Below are positions 27,901 through 36,821 of a stretch of DNA of 64,000 nt, piece after piece. Source of the DNA: Parcubacteria group bacterium (GTDB lineage: Bacteria; Patescibacteriota; Minisyncoccia; Phycocordibacterales; 21-14-all-47-15). The notes under the pieces were generated by a model. The model did no database searches and was not told the origin of the DNA. It saw only the letters and a program-made list of their open reading frames with translations. The stretch's first letter is position 1. The number at the start of each line of letters is the position of its first letter. A program made the translations under genes and the position numbers. The stretch is taken from NCBI GenBank assembly GCA_016181845.1, contig JACOYO010000003.1:16185-80184 (forward strand), read 5' to 3'.

Positions 27901-28634
27901 GCGGCACCTGCATTTTCAATCGCCTCTTCTATATTTTCTTTGAGCGTCGTGAGATTCAGGTTTTTGAAAATTTGATACACCGCTTCCGCGCCAATCCCCG
28001 CCTCAAACGAGTGCCCGTATTTCAGCACGTATTTATGGTAGAGACCTTCTTCAATGACTTTGCCTGGCGCAAGCATTTCCACTTCTTTTTTCGCAGAAGA
28101 GAGCATGTCTTTGAGCGCCGCCTTATCATCTTCTTTCGTAATTTGTTTTACCTTTGTGCGATATTCATTATCAAGCGCTTTGACTATTTTTGCTTTCTCG
28201 TCTTCGTTAACACTCGTAATAATGTAGCCGGCGAAATAAATAACTTTCTCAAGATCGGCGATAGAAAGATCAAGGAGCGTGCCCATTTTGGAAGGAATCC
28301 CGCGCAAAAACCAAATATGCGCCACCGGAAAAGCGAGTTCAATATGTCCCATGCGCTCGCGGCGAACAATAGACCGCGTTACTTCCACTCCGCATTTTTC
28401 GCAGATGATATCTTTGTAGCGTATGCGGCGATATTTCCCGCAGTAACATTCATAATCTTTTTCCGGACCAAAAATCCGCTCGTCAAACAGACCGCCGCGC
28501 TCGCTTCTGCCGGTGCGGTAGTTTATGGTTTCCGGCTTCGTTACCTCTCCGTATGACCATTCTTTGATACGTTCCGGCGATGCAAGCACAAGCGTAATGT
28601 GGTTAAAATCTTTTGTATTGTTGAAAGTTTTCAT
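24975..28634 (-). CDS. rpoC: RNA polymerase beta' subunit
   Basis: NADFDGDQM, GKRVDYSGRS, GEPGTQLTMRTFH, GLKENVIIGRLIPAGTG. Confidence 0.99.
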   Translation of the reverse strand: MKTFNNTKDFNHITLVLASPERIKEWSYGEVTKPETINYRTGRSERGGLFDERIFGPEKDYECYCGKYRRIRYKDIICEKCGVEVTRSIVRRERMGHIELAFPVAHIWFLRGIPSKMGTLLDLSIADLEKVIYFAGYIITSVNEDEKAKIVKALDNEYRTKVKQITKEDDKAALKDMLSSAKKEVEMLAPGKVIEEGLYHKYVLKYGHSFEAGIGAEAVYQIFKNLNLTTLKENIEEAIENAGAADRQRLHKKLSLVKAMLHSGVRPEWMFLTAIPVTPPALRPMVALEGGRHATSDVNDLYRRVINRNNRLKKLKEIGAPDVILRNEKRILQEAVDALIDNSIRHGVGSGGAAISASQKRALKSLSDSLKGKHGLFRQNLLGKRVDYSGRSVIVVGPDLKLHQCGLPKHMALELFRPFVIAKLLKNELAFNIRGAGRLIDEGIPEVWAMLEEVIRDKYVLLNRAPTLHRLGIQAFQPVLIEGNAIQVHPLVCTAFNADFDGDQMAVHVPLSEHAQREARELMSAAKNLLKPGNGNPIVNPQLDMVLGCYWMTKIVSGDKGEGLFFASPNDAISAYDFGRVGFRAKMKVMSTDSPKYQAFEGGVFETSVGRLLFNSVLPKDFPYINKAVDKKEMGNIIEDLIARYGIDATPPVLDKIKAFGYRYVTKSGITWGIDDVKVPKEKKEIIAAAREKENEIWKQYNEGLLSNEERRRKVIEVWQQVVSEIEKIIPGTLETDGSVSDMVSSGARGSLKQIVQMSGMKGIIVNTAGEAIDFPVIPSNKEGLSPLEYFITTHGSRKGLADTALNTAKAGYLTRRLVDVSQDVVIAEEDCGTKESITITAEDVSGIHVPLSRNVRGRVLASDIKDENDTILYKHGSLVTKEMAQEIEKRQIVSAEVRSPLRCTSDTGICRQCYGLDLGRNHLVALGEAVGIIAAQAIGEPGTQLTMRTFHSGGIASVGGDITMGLPRVEEIFERRSPKIPAVVSTSDGEVMEVVTKGKEHTIAVLSDAPVKKTDKKAGTIEYAIPFRRMPIVAAGDKIKKGDLLTDGQADISEIFKYGGKERAENYIIHEINKVYELQGASISRKHIEVIIRQMFSRKRVKDPGDTKFGAGEIVGGVELTKENKEVAQSGGEGAKAEPVLLGISEVSLTTQSFLSAASFQYTSRTLINTAIRGGSDHLRGLKENVIIGRLIPAGTGFRSKAHHQDEIAKEEEISPAE

Positions 28635-28721
28635 AAAATTAGCGAATTAGGTTTTAGTTTATTTTCCAGAGAAAATTATGCGCGTTCTGCGAATAATACA
28701 GGTTCGTAATTCATGACTTGA

Positions 28722-31700
28722 TTAAGTAAGCGGACCTTTATTTTTCTGCAATTCCACATCAAGCGCCAGTCCGCGCAACGTATTGAGGAGCACATTAAAC
28801 GACGCCGGAATGTTGGTTTGTTTAATTGATTCTCCTTTAACGATTGCGTCAAACGCCGCAGACCGACCGACAATATCATCCGATTTTATCGTGAGCATTT
28901 CACGAAGCGTGTGCGCCGCTCCGTATCCTTCCAAAGCCCAGACTTCCATTTCTCCAAACCGCTGGCCTCCTCCCTGCGCCTTTCCGCCGAGCGGCTGTTG
29001 TGTGATGAGCGAATACGGTCCGATAGAACGCATGTGTATTTTGTCTTCAACCATGTGGTGTAATTTCATGATGTACATATACCCGATGGCGATATCCTGC
29101 TCAAAAGGTTCTCCAGTGCGCCCATCAAAGAGCGGCACTTTTCCGTTTTCAGAAAATCCTGCTTTGACCAATTCTTCTTTTATTTCTTTGTCCGTCGCGC
29201 CCAAAAATGTCGGGGTAATTGCCTGATAATTGAGAGTGTGCGCGGCAAGCCCCAAATGCAGTTCAAGAATCTGCCCCAAGTTCATACGGGAAGGCACACC
29301 GAGCGGCGTCAGGATGACATCAATCGGGTCGCCATCCGCGGTATATGGCATATCTTCTACCGGAAGAATTTTTGAAATAACTCCTTTGTTGCCGTGGCGT
29401 CCGGCAAGTTTGTCGCCGACCGACACGTTTCGTAGCTGTGCCACTTCAATATGGATGCGCTTGATGATGCCTGATTCCAGCTGGTCTCCGCGCTCGCGTG
29501 AAAATACTTTCACACCGACTACTCTGCCCTGTTTGCCGTGTTCCATCCGAAGCGAAGTGTCTTTTACATCACGCGCTTTTTCTCCGAAAATAGACCGGAG
29601 GAGGCGTTCTTCGGGAGTGAGTTCTGTCTCGCCTTTCGGCGTAATTTTGCCGACTAAAATATCATTCGGACGCACTTCAGCTCCAATGCGGACGATGCCG
29701 TCTTCATCCAAATCTTTCAGTTTTGATTCCCCGACATTCGGGATGTCGTGCGTTGTCACTTCCGGACCCAGTTTCGTATCGCGGACATTCACCACAAATT
29801 CATCCATGTGGATACTGGTAAATTTGCTGTTTTTTACCAATCGTTCCGAAAGAATAATTGCGTCTTCGTAGTTTGCTCCGCTCCATGACATAAACGCGAC
29901 ACGGACATTTTGTCCAAGCGCTATCTGCCCGCGGTCAGACGACGATGTGTCTGCAAGAATCGCTCCCTTTTTTATTTTCTGTCCGACATCAACCGACGGA
30001 CGCTGATGAAACGCGGTGAATCCGTTGGTACGCGAGAAATTCACGAGCGTATAGATATGCTCTTTCCCTTTGCTATTTTGAACCACAATTTTTCGCGCGT
30101 CAGCGGAATGCACCGTGCCGTCTTCTTCGGCGATAATTATTCTTCCGCTGTCTTTTGCCGCCATTTCTTCCACTCCTGTCGCCACAATCGGCGCTTCCGG
30201 CAACACGCATGGCGTCGCCTGTTTCTGCATGTTAGAACCCATGAGTGCCCTGTTTGCGTCATTGTGTTCCAAGAAAGGAATGGTTGATGCCGCGATAGAA
30301 AACGCCTGATTTGGAGCAACATCAATGTAATGTACTTCTTTTTTTGGAACTAACTTCGGACGCCCTCCGGAACGAACTTCAACCATATCTTCGCGAATCA
30401 TATTATCTTCATACGGAACAGCGGCGTGCGCGATATTAAAACCCTCTTCTTCAAGTGCGTTCATATATTCAACCTTGCCAGTAATATGCCCGTTCTCAAC
30501 TTTGACATACGGCGTTTCAATAATACCGAAATCGTTGACACGAGCGTATGAGGAAAGTGTCAAAATAAGACCGATGTTCGGACCTTCTGGCGTCTGGATA
30601 GGACACACGCGGCCATAGTGAGACGGGTGCACGTCACGCACCTCAAAACCGGCACGCTCGCGCGTCAGCCCCCCAGGACCAAGCGCGGAAAGTCTGCGCA
30701 AGTGCTCAATTTCGTAGAGAATATTTTCCTGCATCATAAATTGAGACAGCTGGTTTGTCGTAAAAAATTCTTTCATGCGCGCCTGAAGCGGGCGTGCGTT
30801 GATGAAATGTATCGGCAGGGTGGAATCCTGGTCAATGGTTGACATTCGGTCTTGAATTTGCCTTTTTATTTGCGACAATCCGACGCGGAGTTTCTGTTGC
30901 ATCATTTCCCCCACCGCGCGAATGCGCCGCGAACCTAAGTGGTCTATATCGTCTTCTTGCGCGCCTGGCGTATTATTGAGAGTAACAATATGCGCAATAA
31001 TGGTCGCGATATCGTCCACCGAAATAGTCGTCCTCTCCATATCGCTTTGGGACATGCCTTTTGTAAAACGTTTATTAAAACGAAACCGCCCAACGCGCGA
31101 CAGGTCATAGCGTTCCGCGCTGAAAATATTTTTGAAAAAATCACGCGCGTTTGCAACCGAAGCAAGCTCTCCGTCGCGCAATTTTTTATAAATATCAATA
31201 TATGCTTCATCGGCTGTTTTCGCCGAATCCTTGTGAAGGGTTGTTTTTATCGCTTCTTGCGCGCGTGCATTGCCGTTAAATAACTTGAGCACATCTTCGT
31301 CGGAATCAATATTGCCAAAGGCGCGAATAAGAGCGGTGGCGGTAAATTTTCTTTTTCGGTCAATGCGCACGTAGAGCGCGCCGTCAACTTCCGATTCAAC
31401 TTCAATCCACGCCCCGCGGGCAGGGATAATTTTTGCGCCAAAAAATGGCCTTCCTTTCAATTCCTGAAGCGTAAAAAAGGCGCCAAAACTGCGCGCCAAC
31501 TGCGGCACAACCACACGCTCAACACCATTGATGACAAACGTGCCGTGTTTTGTCATGAGCGGAAAATCAGCTAAAAACATTTCTTGTTCTTTGGTTGTAT
31601 GTAAGTGCTTATTAGTCAGGCGTACCATGACACGAAGCGGCGCTTCATACGACATTTTATTTTCTTTTGCGTAAAATTCATCGTGCTTCGGTTCTCCCAC

Positions 31701-31883
31701 TTCCACCGACAAAAATTCAAGAGTGAATTTGTCTCCGGTGTAATCGTTGAGCGGCGAAAACTCCATGAACAGTTCTTTCAAACCGGCAAGAAGAAGCCAC
31801 TTATATGAATCAACCTGTGTTTGCACAAGATTGGGCAACGTAACAAGCGGCGGACGATACTTTGAAAAAAATTTTTTTTCCAT
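28722..31883 (-). CDS. rpoB: RNA polymerase beta subunit
   Basis: RRLSALGPGGL, TPEGPNIGL, GDKLAGRHGNKG, GQRFGEMEVWALE. Confidence 0.99.
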   Translation of the reverse strand: MEKKFFSKYRPPLVTLPNLVQTQVDSYKWLLLAGLKELFMEFSPLNDYTGDKFTLEFLSVEVGEPKHDEFYAKENKMSYEAPLRVMVRLTNKHLHTTKEQEMFLADFPLMTKHGTFVINGVERVVVPQLARSFGAFFTLQELKGRPFFGAKIIPARGAWIEVESEVDGALYVRIDRKRKFTATALIRAFGNIDSDEDVLKLFNGNARAQEAIKTTLHKDSAKTADEAYIDIYKKLRDGELASVANARDFFKNIFSAERYDLSRVGRFRFNKRFTKGMSQSDMERTTISVDDIATIIAHIVTLNNTPGAQEDDIDHLGSRRIRAVGEMMQQKLRVGLSQIKRQIQDRMSTIDQDSTLPIHFINARPLQARMKEFFTTNQLSQFMMQENILYEIEHLRRLSALGPGGLTRERAGFEVRDVHPSHYGRVCPIQTPEGPNIGLILTLSSYARVNDFGIIETPYVKVENGHITGKVEYMNALEEEGFNIAHAAVPYEDNMIREDMVEVRSGGRPKLVPKKEVHYIDVAPNQAFSIAASTIPFLEHNDANRALMGSNMQKQATPCVLPEAPIVATGVEEMAAKDSGRIIIAEEDGTVHSADARKIVVQNSKGKEHIYTLVNFSRTNGFTAFHQRPSVDVGQKIKKGAILADTSSSDRGQIALGQNVRVAFMSWSGANYEDAIILSERLVKNSKFTSIHMDEFVVNVRDTKLGPEVTTHDIPNVGESKLKDLDEDGIVRIGAEVRPNDILVGKITPKGETELTPEERLLRSIFGEKARDVKDTSLRMEHGKQGRVVGVKVFSRERGDQLESGIIKRIHIEVAQLRNVSVGDKLAGRHGNKGVISKILPVEDMPYTADGDPIDVILTPLGVPSRMNLGQILELHLGLAAHTLNYQAITPTFLGATDKEIKEELVKAGFSENGKVPLFDGRTGEPFEQDIAIGYMYIMKLHHMVEDKIHMRSIGPYSLITQQPLGGKAQGGGQRFGEMEVWALEGYGAAHTLREMLTIKSDDIVGRSAAFDAIVKGESIKQTNIPASFNVLLNTLRGLALDVELQKNKGPLT

Positions 31884-32123
31884 ATACTCTCTTACTCAAT
31901 TATTATTGATAATGCCTCCCGCAATACATCAAAAAAAGAAAGCCGCCTTTTTTCAAAAGGCCTTCGTACAAAAAATATAAAAATTATTTGAGTATATTGG
32001 GTAACAAAATGCTTTTGCTTTTTGAACACACAAGAAACCTCCCATTTCTCTGTGCCAGTAAGCGCATTTACTACTTGCCCTATCAATCCACTCCCAAAAC
32101 TCAATCCTTATTGATATGCACAC

Positions 32124-32152
32124 AGTGTAGCGTATGAGCTGTTTCTTGTCAA
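32124..32152 (-). promoter_or_regulatory. sigma70-type promoter of rpoBC
   Basis: Minus strand TTGACA-17 nt-TACACT, ~235 nt upstream of rpoB ATG. Confidence 0.7.
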
Positions 32153-32354
32153 ATTTTCATTTGTCAATTCAATTGTGGATAACTTTAGCGATTTTATATT
32201 CGCTAAAAAAGTCCGATCAATATTGATCGGACTTTTACTTTTTACGGCGATATTTTTTTACAGTAAACAAAGGGCTACCATTTATAACTTTGTTAGTAAA
32301 CAACTATAATATTTTTAATAAATTACCCTGTGACAAAGACCGCATGGAAACGAG

Positions 32355-33599
32355 TTATATATTTTTATTTTGCATTCTTCGCTTTCGATGAAAACTTATG
32401 GCAAACCGATGGGCTTCGGCATTTGCAAAGAGGATATCAGCTTCGTGCCGTATCGCGAGCACGCGGTCGCCGATGATTTTTTTCGGGCGATGACGCTCGT
32501 CTTTGACCACGCCGACCACAGGGATTGCCACGCCAGCCGAAACAAGCGCGTGCTTCGCCGCATTCACTTGCGCGGTTCCGCCGTCAACAACAATCAAACG
32601 TGGCAGTGGCCACTCGGCATGCGCAAGCCGTCGCGAAAGAATTTCTGACAGCGCGCGCGTATCATTCACCCCTTCAAAACTCTTTATATTAAATTTCCGA
32701 TACTCATTTTTTTGTGCCTCGCCGCCCTCAACAACTGTCATCACGCCAACAGACGCTGAACCTGAAAAATGCGCCACGTCATACGCTTCTATTTTGAAAG
32801 TAGAATATGAAAAGTTGAGAGTCGGCGTATTTTTGATAAGAGAAACATCTTGAATATGTTTCAGCGCAAAAATAGTTTTTTTAATTTCATGCGCGCGTTC
32901 AAATGCGCGGTGTTTTGCCGCTTCTCGCATCTCCCGCTCCAATTTTTTAATAAGCATGCCTTTTTTTCCTTCAAAAAAAAGTTTCAGATTTTGTATGATT
33001 TTTGCGTATTCTTTTTTTGAAATCGCTCCAGTGCATACGCCAGGGCATAACCCTATTTGAGTATTAAAACAGGGCTTTTCTTGCCTAAGACGGCATACAT
33101 CGCGAAATGGAAAAATTTTTCTCACAATTTTCAACGCTTCTCGAAGCTGGTTGCCATATGTAAAAGGACCGAATACGTCTTTGACTTGGACGTCGGGTTT
33201 CCAAGTTAACTTGGAAACCCGACGTCCAAGTAGTTCACGTTCCCGCGCCAGAAGCACTCGCGGAAAATCTTCGTCGGTAATGACGACATAATTAAAGCTT
33301 TTGTCGCTCTTTTCTTTTGAATTGTATTTCGGTTGGTGTTTTTTTATCAGCGCCGCTTCAAGAATGAGCGCTTCAAGCACTGAATCGGTTTCTACCACGC
33401 GCACATCACGCGCTTGTTCGAGCATCTCCGCAATAATTGGCCCGCGGGCGCTCATGAGATCCGACGAAAAATAACTTCTTATCCTATCACGAAGCGATGT
33501 CGCCTTACCGATATACAAAATATCTTTTCGCGCGCCCAAAAACTGATACACTCCAGGCGTATCCGGCAAATTTATTTTATTTAGTCGATTTTTTTGCAT
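32355..33599 (-). CDS. uvrC: Excinuclease UvrC (short form without HhH)
   Basis: PGVY..LYIGKA..LR.R..SYF (GIY-YIG), IEAYDVAH, VDGG, EAHRFAI. Confidence 0.92.
   Translation of the reverse strand: MQKNRLNKINLPDTPGVYQFLGARKDILYIGKATSLRDRIRSYFSSDLMSARGPIIAEMLEQARDVRVVETDSVLEALILEAALIKKHQPKYNSKEKSDKSFNYVVITDEDFPRVLLARERELLGRRVSKLTWKPDVQVKDVFGPFTYGNQLREALKIVRKIFPFRDVCRLRQEKPCFNTQIGLCPGVCTGAISKKEYAKIIQNLKLFFEGKKGMLIKKLEREMREAAKHRAFERAHEIKKTIFALKHIQDVSLIKNTPTLNFSYSTFKIEAYDVAHFSGSASVGVMTVVEGGEAQKNEYRKFNIKSFEGVNDTRALSEILSRRLAHAEWPLPRLIVVDGGTAQVNAAKHALVSAGVAIPVVGVVKDERHRPKKIIGDRVLAIRHEADILFANAEAHRFAISFHRKRRMQNKNI
33184..33231. repeat. 48-bp perfect palindrome in-frame within uvrC
   Basis: ACTTGGACGTCGGGTTTCCAAGTT|AACTTGGAAACCCGACGTCCAAGT. 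Confidence 0.9.
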
Positions 33600-36225
33600 G
33601 GTTGTTCAATGCCCTCTTGAGATACACTCCGGTATGAGAACCATCTTTCTCCGCCACTTCTTCGGGAGTGCCTTTGGCGACAATCTTTCCGCCGCACGCG
33701 CCTCCCTCGGGCCCGATGTCAATCATGTAGTCGGCATTTTTTATAATCTCCATATTGTGCTCTATCAGCACCACCGTATTGCCGCGGTCTACAAGACTCT
33801 GTAATATCTCAATCAATTTTCGCACATCTTCATAGTGCAGACCCACCGTCGGTTCATCAAGCAGATAAATGGTGCGCTCTGTAAACGGGCGATATAATTC
33901 CGAAGAAATTTTTACCCGCTGAGCTTCACCGCCTGAAAGTGTCGTCGCAGATTGTCCAAGCTCAAGGTATCCAAGCCCAACTTCATTCAAAGACTTGAGC
34001 CGGTCGGAAATTGCCGGAATATCTTCAAAAAAAGCGAGCGCTTCTTCAACCGTCATTTTGAGCACTTCATAAATATTTTTATGCTTGTATTTCACTTCAA
34101 GCGTTTCTTTTTCAAATCGTTTTCCGCCGCACACATCGCACGGCACGTACACCGTCGGCAAAAAGTGCATTTCAACCGCTATTTCTCCGTTGCCTTGGCA
34201 CGTTTCGCACCGTCCTCCTTTTACATTGAAACTGAAGCGTCCTGATTTCCACCCGCGCAAGCGCGCTTCTTCGGTAGAAGCAAAGAGGTCACGAATATGT
34301 GTCCATGCCCCTGTATACGTGGCGGGGTTAGAGCGCGGCGTACGTCCGATTGGCGATTGGTCAATCATCACAGCGCGTCCGGCATATTCCGTCCCATCAA
34401 ATGAAGCGCAGTTAAATACTTCATTGCTTCTATAGCGCCGATCAAACCTCGCCTGCAGATTTTTATAAATAATTTCATACAAAAGAGAAGATTTGCCCGA
34501 ACCTGATACTCCGGTAATCGCTACAAGTTTCCCCAGTGGAACGTCTACATTTATATTTTTAATATTGAATATGTTTGCCCCGCGGATTTTGAGCGAACCC
34601 TTATCGTTCGTGCGCCGCTTTTCCGGAATGGGAATTTCTTTTTCTCCGCGCAGGTACGCAAGAGTGAGCGATTCGCCAGCGCCATTTTCGGGCAATTTTT
34701 TTGCCGTCAATAATTTTTCTAAATGGTCGGCGACGACCACATGTCCGCCGTGCACGCCGGCGCCCGGGCCGATGTCAACGATATAATCGGACGCAAAGAT
34801 AGTATCTTCATCGTGTTCAACTACAATCATTGTATTACCGAGGTCGCGCAAACGTTCAAGTGTTTTGATAAGCCGCGCATTATCACGCTGATGGAGCCCG
34901 ATAGTCGGCTCATCAAGCACATAGAGCGCCCCAACGAGACCGGAACCAAGCTGGCTTGCAAGACGAATGCGCTGGGCCTCGCCTCCGGAAAGCGTATTGG
35001 CGCGGCGGTCAAGCGTGAGGTATTCAATGCCAACATTCACCATAAACGAAAGCCGGTCCATAATTTCACGCACCACAACCGCGGATATTTTCTTTTCCCG
35101 CGCAGAAAGTTTGAACCTGTTGAAAAATTCATCAGCTTCTTCAATAGACATGCCGGTTACCTCCACAATGTTTTTACCGCCCACTCGCACCGCGAGAGCT
35201 TCAGGACGCAGACGCGCGCCATGGCAGGTGTCGCAGAGGTCTTCGCCGAAGAAATGTTTCGTGCCGAGTCCGTTGCATGCCGGGCACGCGCCATACGGAG
35301 AATTAAACGAGAACAACCGCGGCTCAATTTCCGGATATGAAAAACCGTCGTTGGGGCACGCAAATTTTGACGACATTAAAAATTCGCTCGTTTCACGTGA
35401 CTGGTTTTTTGCCGATGTTTGTTTTTTTGAATTGGCAGTATTGAGATTGAAAACAACGCGCACCAATCCTTCCGTTTCATTCATCGTGCGTTCCAATGCT
35501 TCGGCAAGCCGTTCACGCGCGGCTTTTTCGTCATCGTGAAACTCGGAAAAATAGAGTGTGTCTACGAGCACGTCTATATCATGTTTTTTTTGTTTTGAAA
35601 GTTCTATGCGGTCACGCAGATTGTGCATGTTTCCATCTATTCGCACCTTGCTATATCCTTTGCCAAGCAAATCATACAGAAGCTGATAGTATTCCCCTTT
35701 CCGTCCGCGCACCACCGGCGCCATAATGGCGACAGTCGCCGTATCAATAGCCACCTCCATCACTTTTTCTGAAGGCGCGTCTCTAAATTCACGCACTTTT
35801 TCCAGTGTAAAATTCAAAATCTCTTCATTGGAAAGTTTTTTTATTTCTTCTCCGCAAATGAGGCAATACGGTTTTCCGATACGCGCAAAAAGCACCCGCA
35901 GATAATCATAAATCTCGGTGATAGTCGCCACCGTTGAACGCGGATTGTTGGAACGGCTTTTTTGGTCAATAGAAATAGCGGGTGACAAACCGACAATCTC
36001 ATCAACATCTGGCTTTTGAAACTGGCGCAAAAATTGCCGCGCGTACGAAGAGAGCGACTCCACGTACCGCCGTTGCCCTTCGGCAAAAATCGTATCAAAA
36101 GCGAGCGAAGACTTGCCGGAACCGGAAAGCCCCGTGAATACGATCATTTTATTTCGCGGCATCTCAACCGTAATATTTTTCAGATTGTTCGTCCGCGCGC
36201 CTTTTACGATAATTTTGTTGTCCAT
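33577..36225 (-). CDS. uvrA: Excinuclease ABC subunit A
   Basis: [23 protein letters not shown], two LSGGEAQR signatures, Zn fingers. Confidence 0.98.
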   Translation of the reverse strand: MDNKIIVKGARTNNLKNITVEMPRNKMIVFTGLSGSGKSSLAFDTIFAEGQRRYVESLSSYARQFLRQFQKPDVDEIVGLSPAISIDQKSRSNNPRSTVATITEIYDYLRVLFARIGKPYCLICGEEIKKLSNEEILNFTLEKVREFRDAPSEKVMEVAIDTATVAIMAPVVRGRKGEYYQLLYDLLGKGYSKVRIDGNMHNLRDRIELSKQKKHDIDVLVDTLYFSEFHDDEKAARERLAEALERTMNETEGLVRVVFNLNTANSKKQTSAKNQSRETSEFLMSSKFACPNDGFSYPEIEPRLFSFNSPYGACPACNGLGTKHFFGEDLCDTCHGARLRPEALAVRVGGKNIVEVTGMSIEEADEFFNRFKLSAREKKISAVVVREIMDRLSFMVNVGIEYLTLDRRANTLSGGEAQRIRLASQLGSGLVGALYVLDEPTIGLHQRDNARLIKTLERLRDLGNTMIVVEHDEDTIFASDYIVDIGPGAGVHGGHVVVADHLEKLLTAKKLPENGAGESLTLAYLRGEKEIPIPEKRRTNDKGSLKIRGANIFNIKNINVDVPLGKLVAITGVSGSGKSSLLYEIIYKNLQARFDRRYRSNEVFNCASFDGTEYAGRAVMIDQSPIGRTPRSNPATYTGAWTHIRDLFASTEEARLRGWKSGRFSFNVKGGRCETCQGNGEIAVEMHFLPTVYVPCDVCGGKRFEKETLEVKYKHKNIYEVLKMTVEEALAFFEDIPAISDRLKSLNEVGLGYLELGQSATTLSGGEAQRVKISSELYRPFTERTIYLLDEPTVGLHYEDVRKLIEILQSLVDRGNTVVLIEHNMEIIKNADYMIDIGPEGGACGGKIVAKGTPEEVAEKDGSHTGVYLKRALNNHAKKSTK

Positions 36226-36244
36226 ACTGATTTATTATCATCTC

Positions 36245-36296
36245 TAATTTTTCCTGCGACTATGCCAGTATACTGGCATAGTCGCAGGAAAAATTA
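36245..36296. repeat. 52-bp perfect palindrome with TATGCCAGTATACTGGCATA core
   Basis: Same 20-bp core at 13620, 21812, 36261 and 46704. Confidence 0.85.
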
Positions 36297-36513
36297 AGAA
36301 ATTAAACAAAAAGCTAAATCCCCCGCTCTTTGCCGTAGAGGGGGTATACCGCGCTTTATATATTGATAACGTATCATCTTTCGACAAAAAAGCAACAGCA
36401 ACAGATGGAGTCATTGTCTGATTTGTCCACACCTTTATTTTTATTTATGCCGGAAAATTGATAGAATAAAAAGACAATCGTAATATACATTCGGTCGAAT
36501 ATTATAAAATTAA

Positions 36514-36723
36514 ATGAGTTCTTTAATAATCAGCATGGATAAAGATAATTACTATACGCTCTCGGCATTCTCATATCTTATTATCGCCGTCGTGTTCGCT
36601 TTTACCATCTTCAACAACGGCAGTGTCGTGATAAATAATTGGCTCTTTCCTGTATGGCTCAATTGGGTAGTCATTCTGCTTTCCGGCTATCTTTCATACG
36701 AGTCGTTCCAAATGAAAAAGTAA
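36514..36723 (+). CDS. Small two-TM membrane protein
   Basis: Two hydrophobic helices, PVWLNW motif, terminator downstream; start may be 36535. Confidence 0.6.
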   Translation: MSSLIISMDKDNYYTLSAFSYLIIAVVFAFTIFNNGSVVINNWLFPVWLNWVVILLSGYLSYESFQMKK

Positions 36724-36821
36724 TCCGCTTTTTTCTATATTAAAAATCGCCTCCTGGCCATGCGCCGCGGGGGCGTTTTTTAATTCTATCTCCCACTCTT
36801 CACATCAAAAAACCTTTATAT

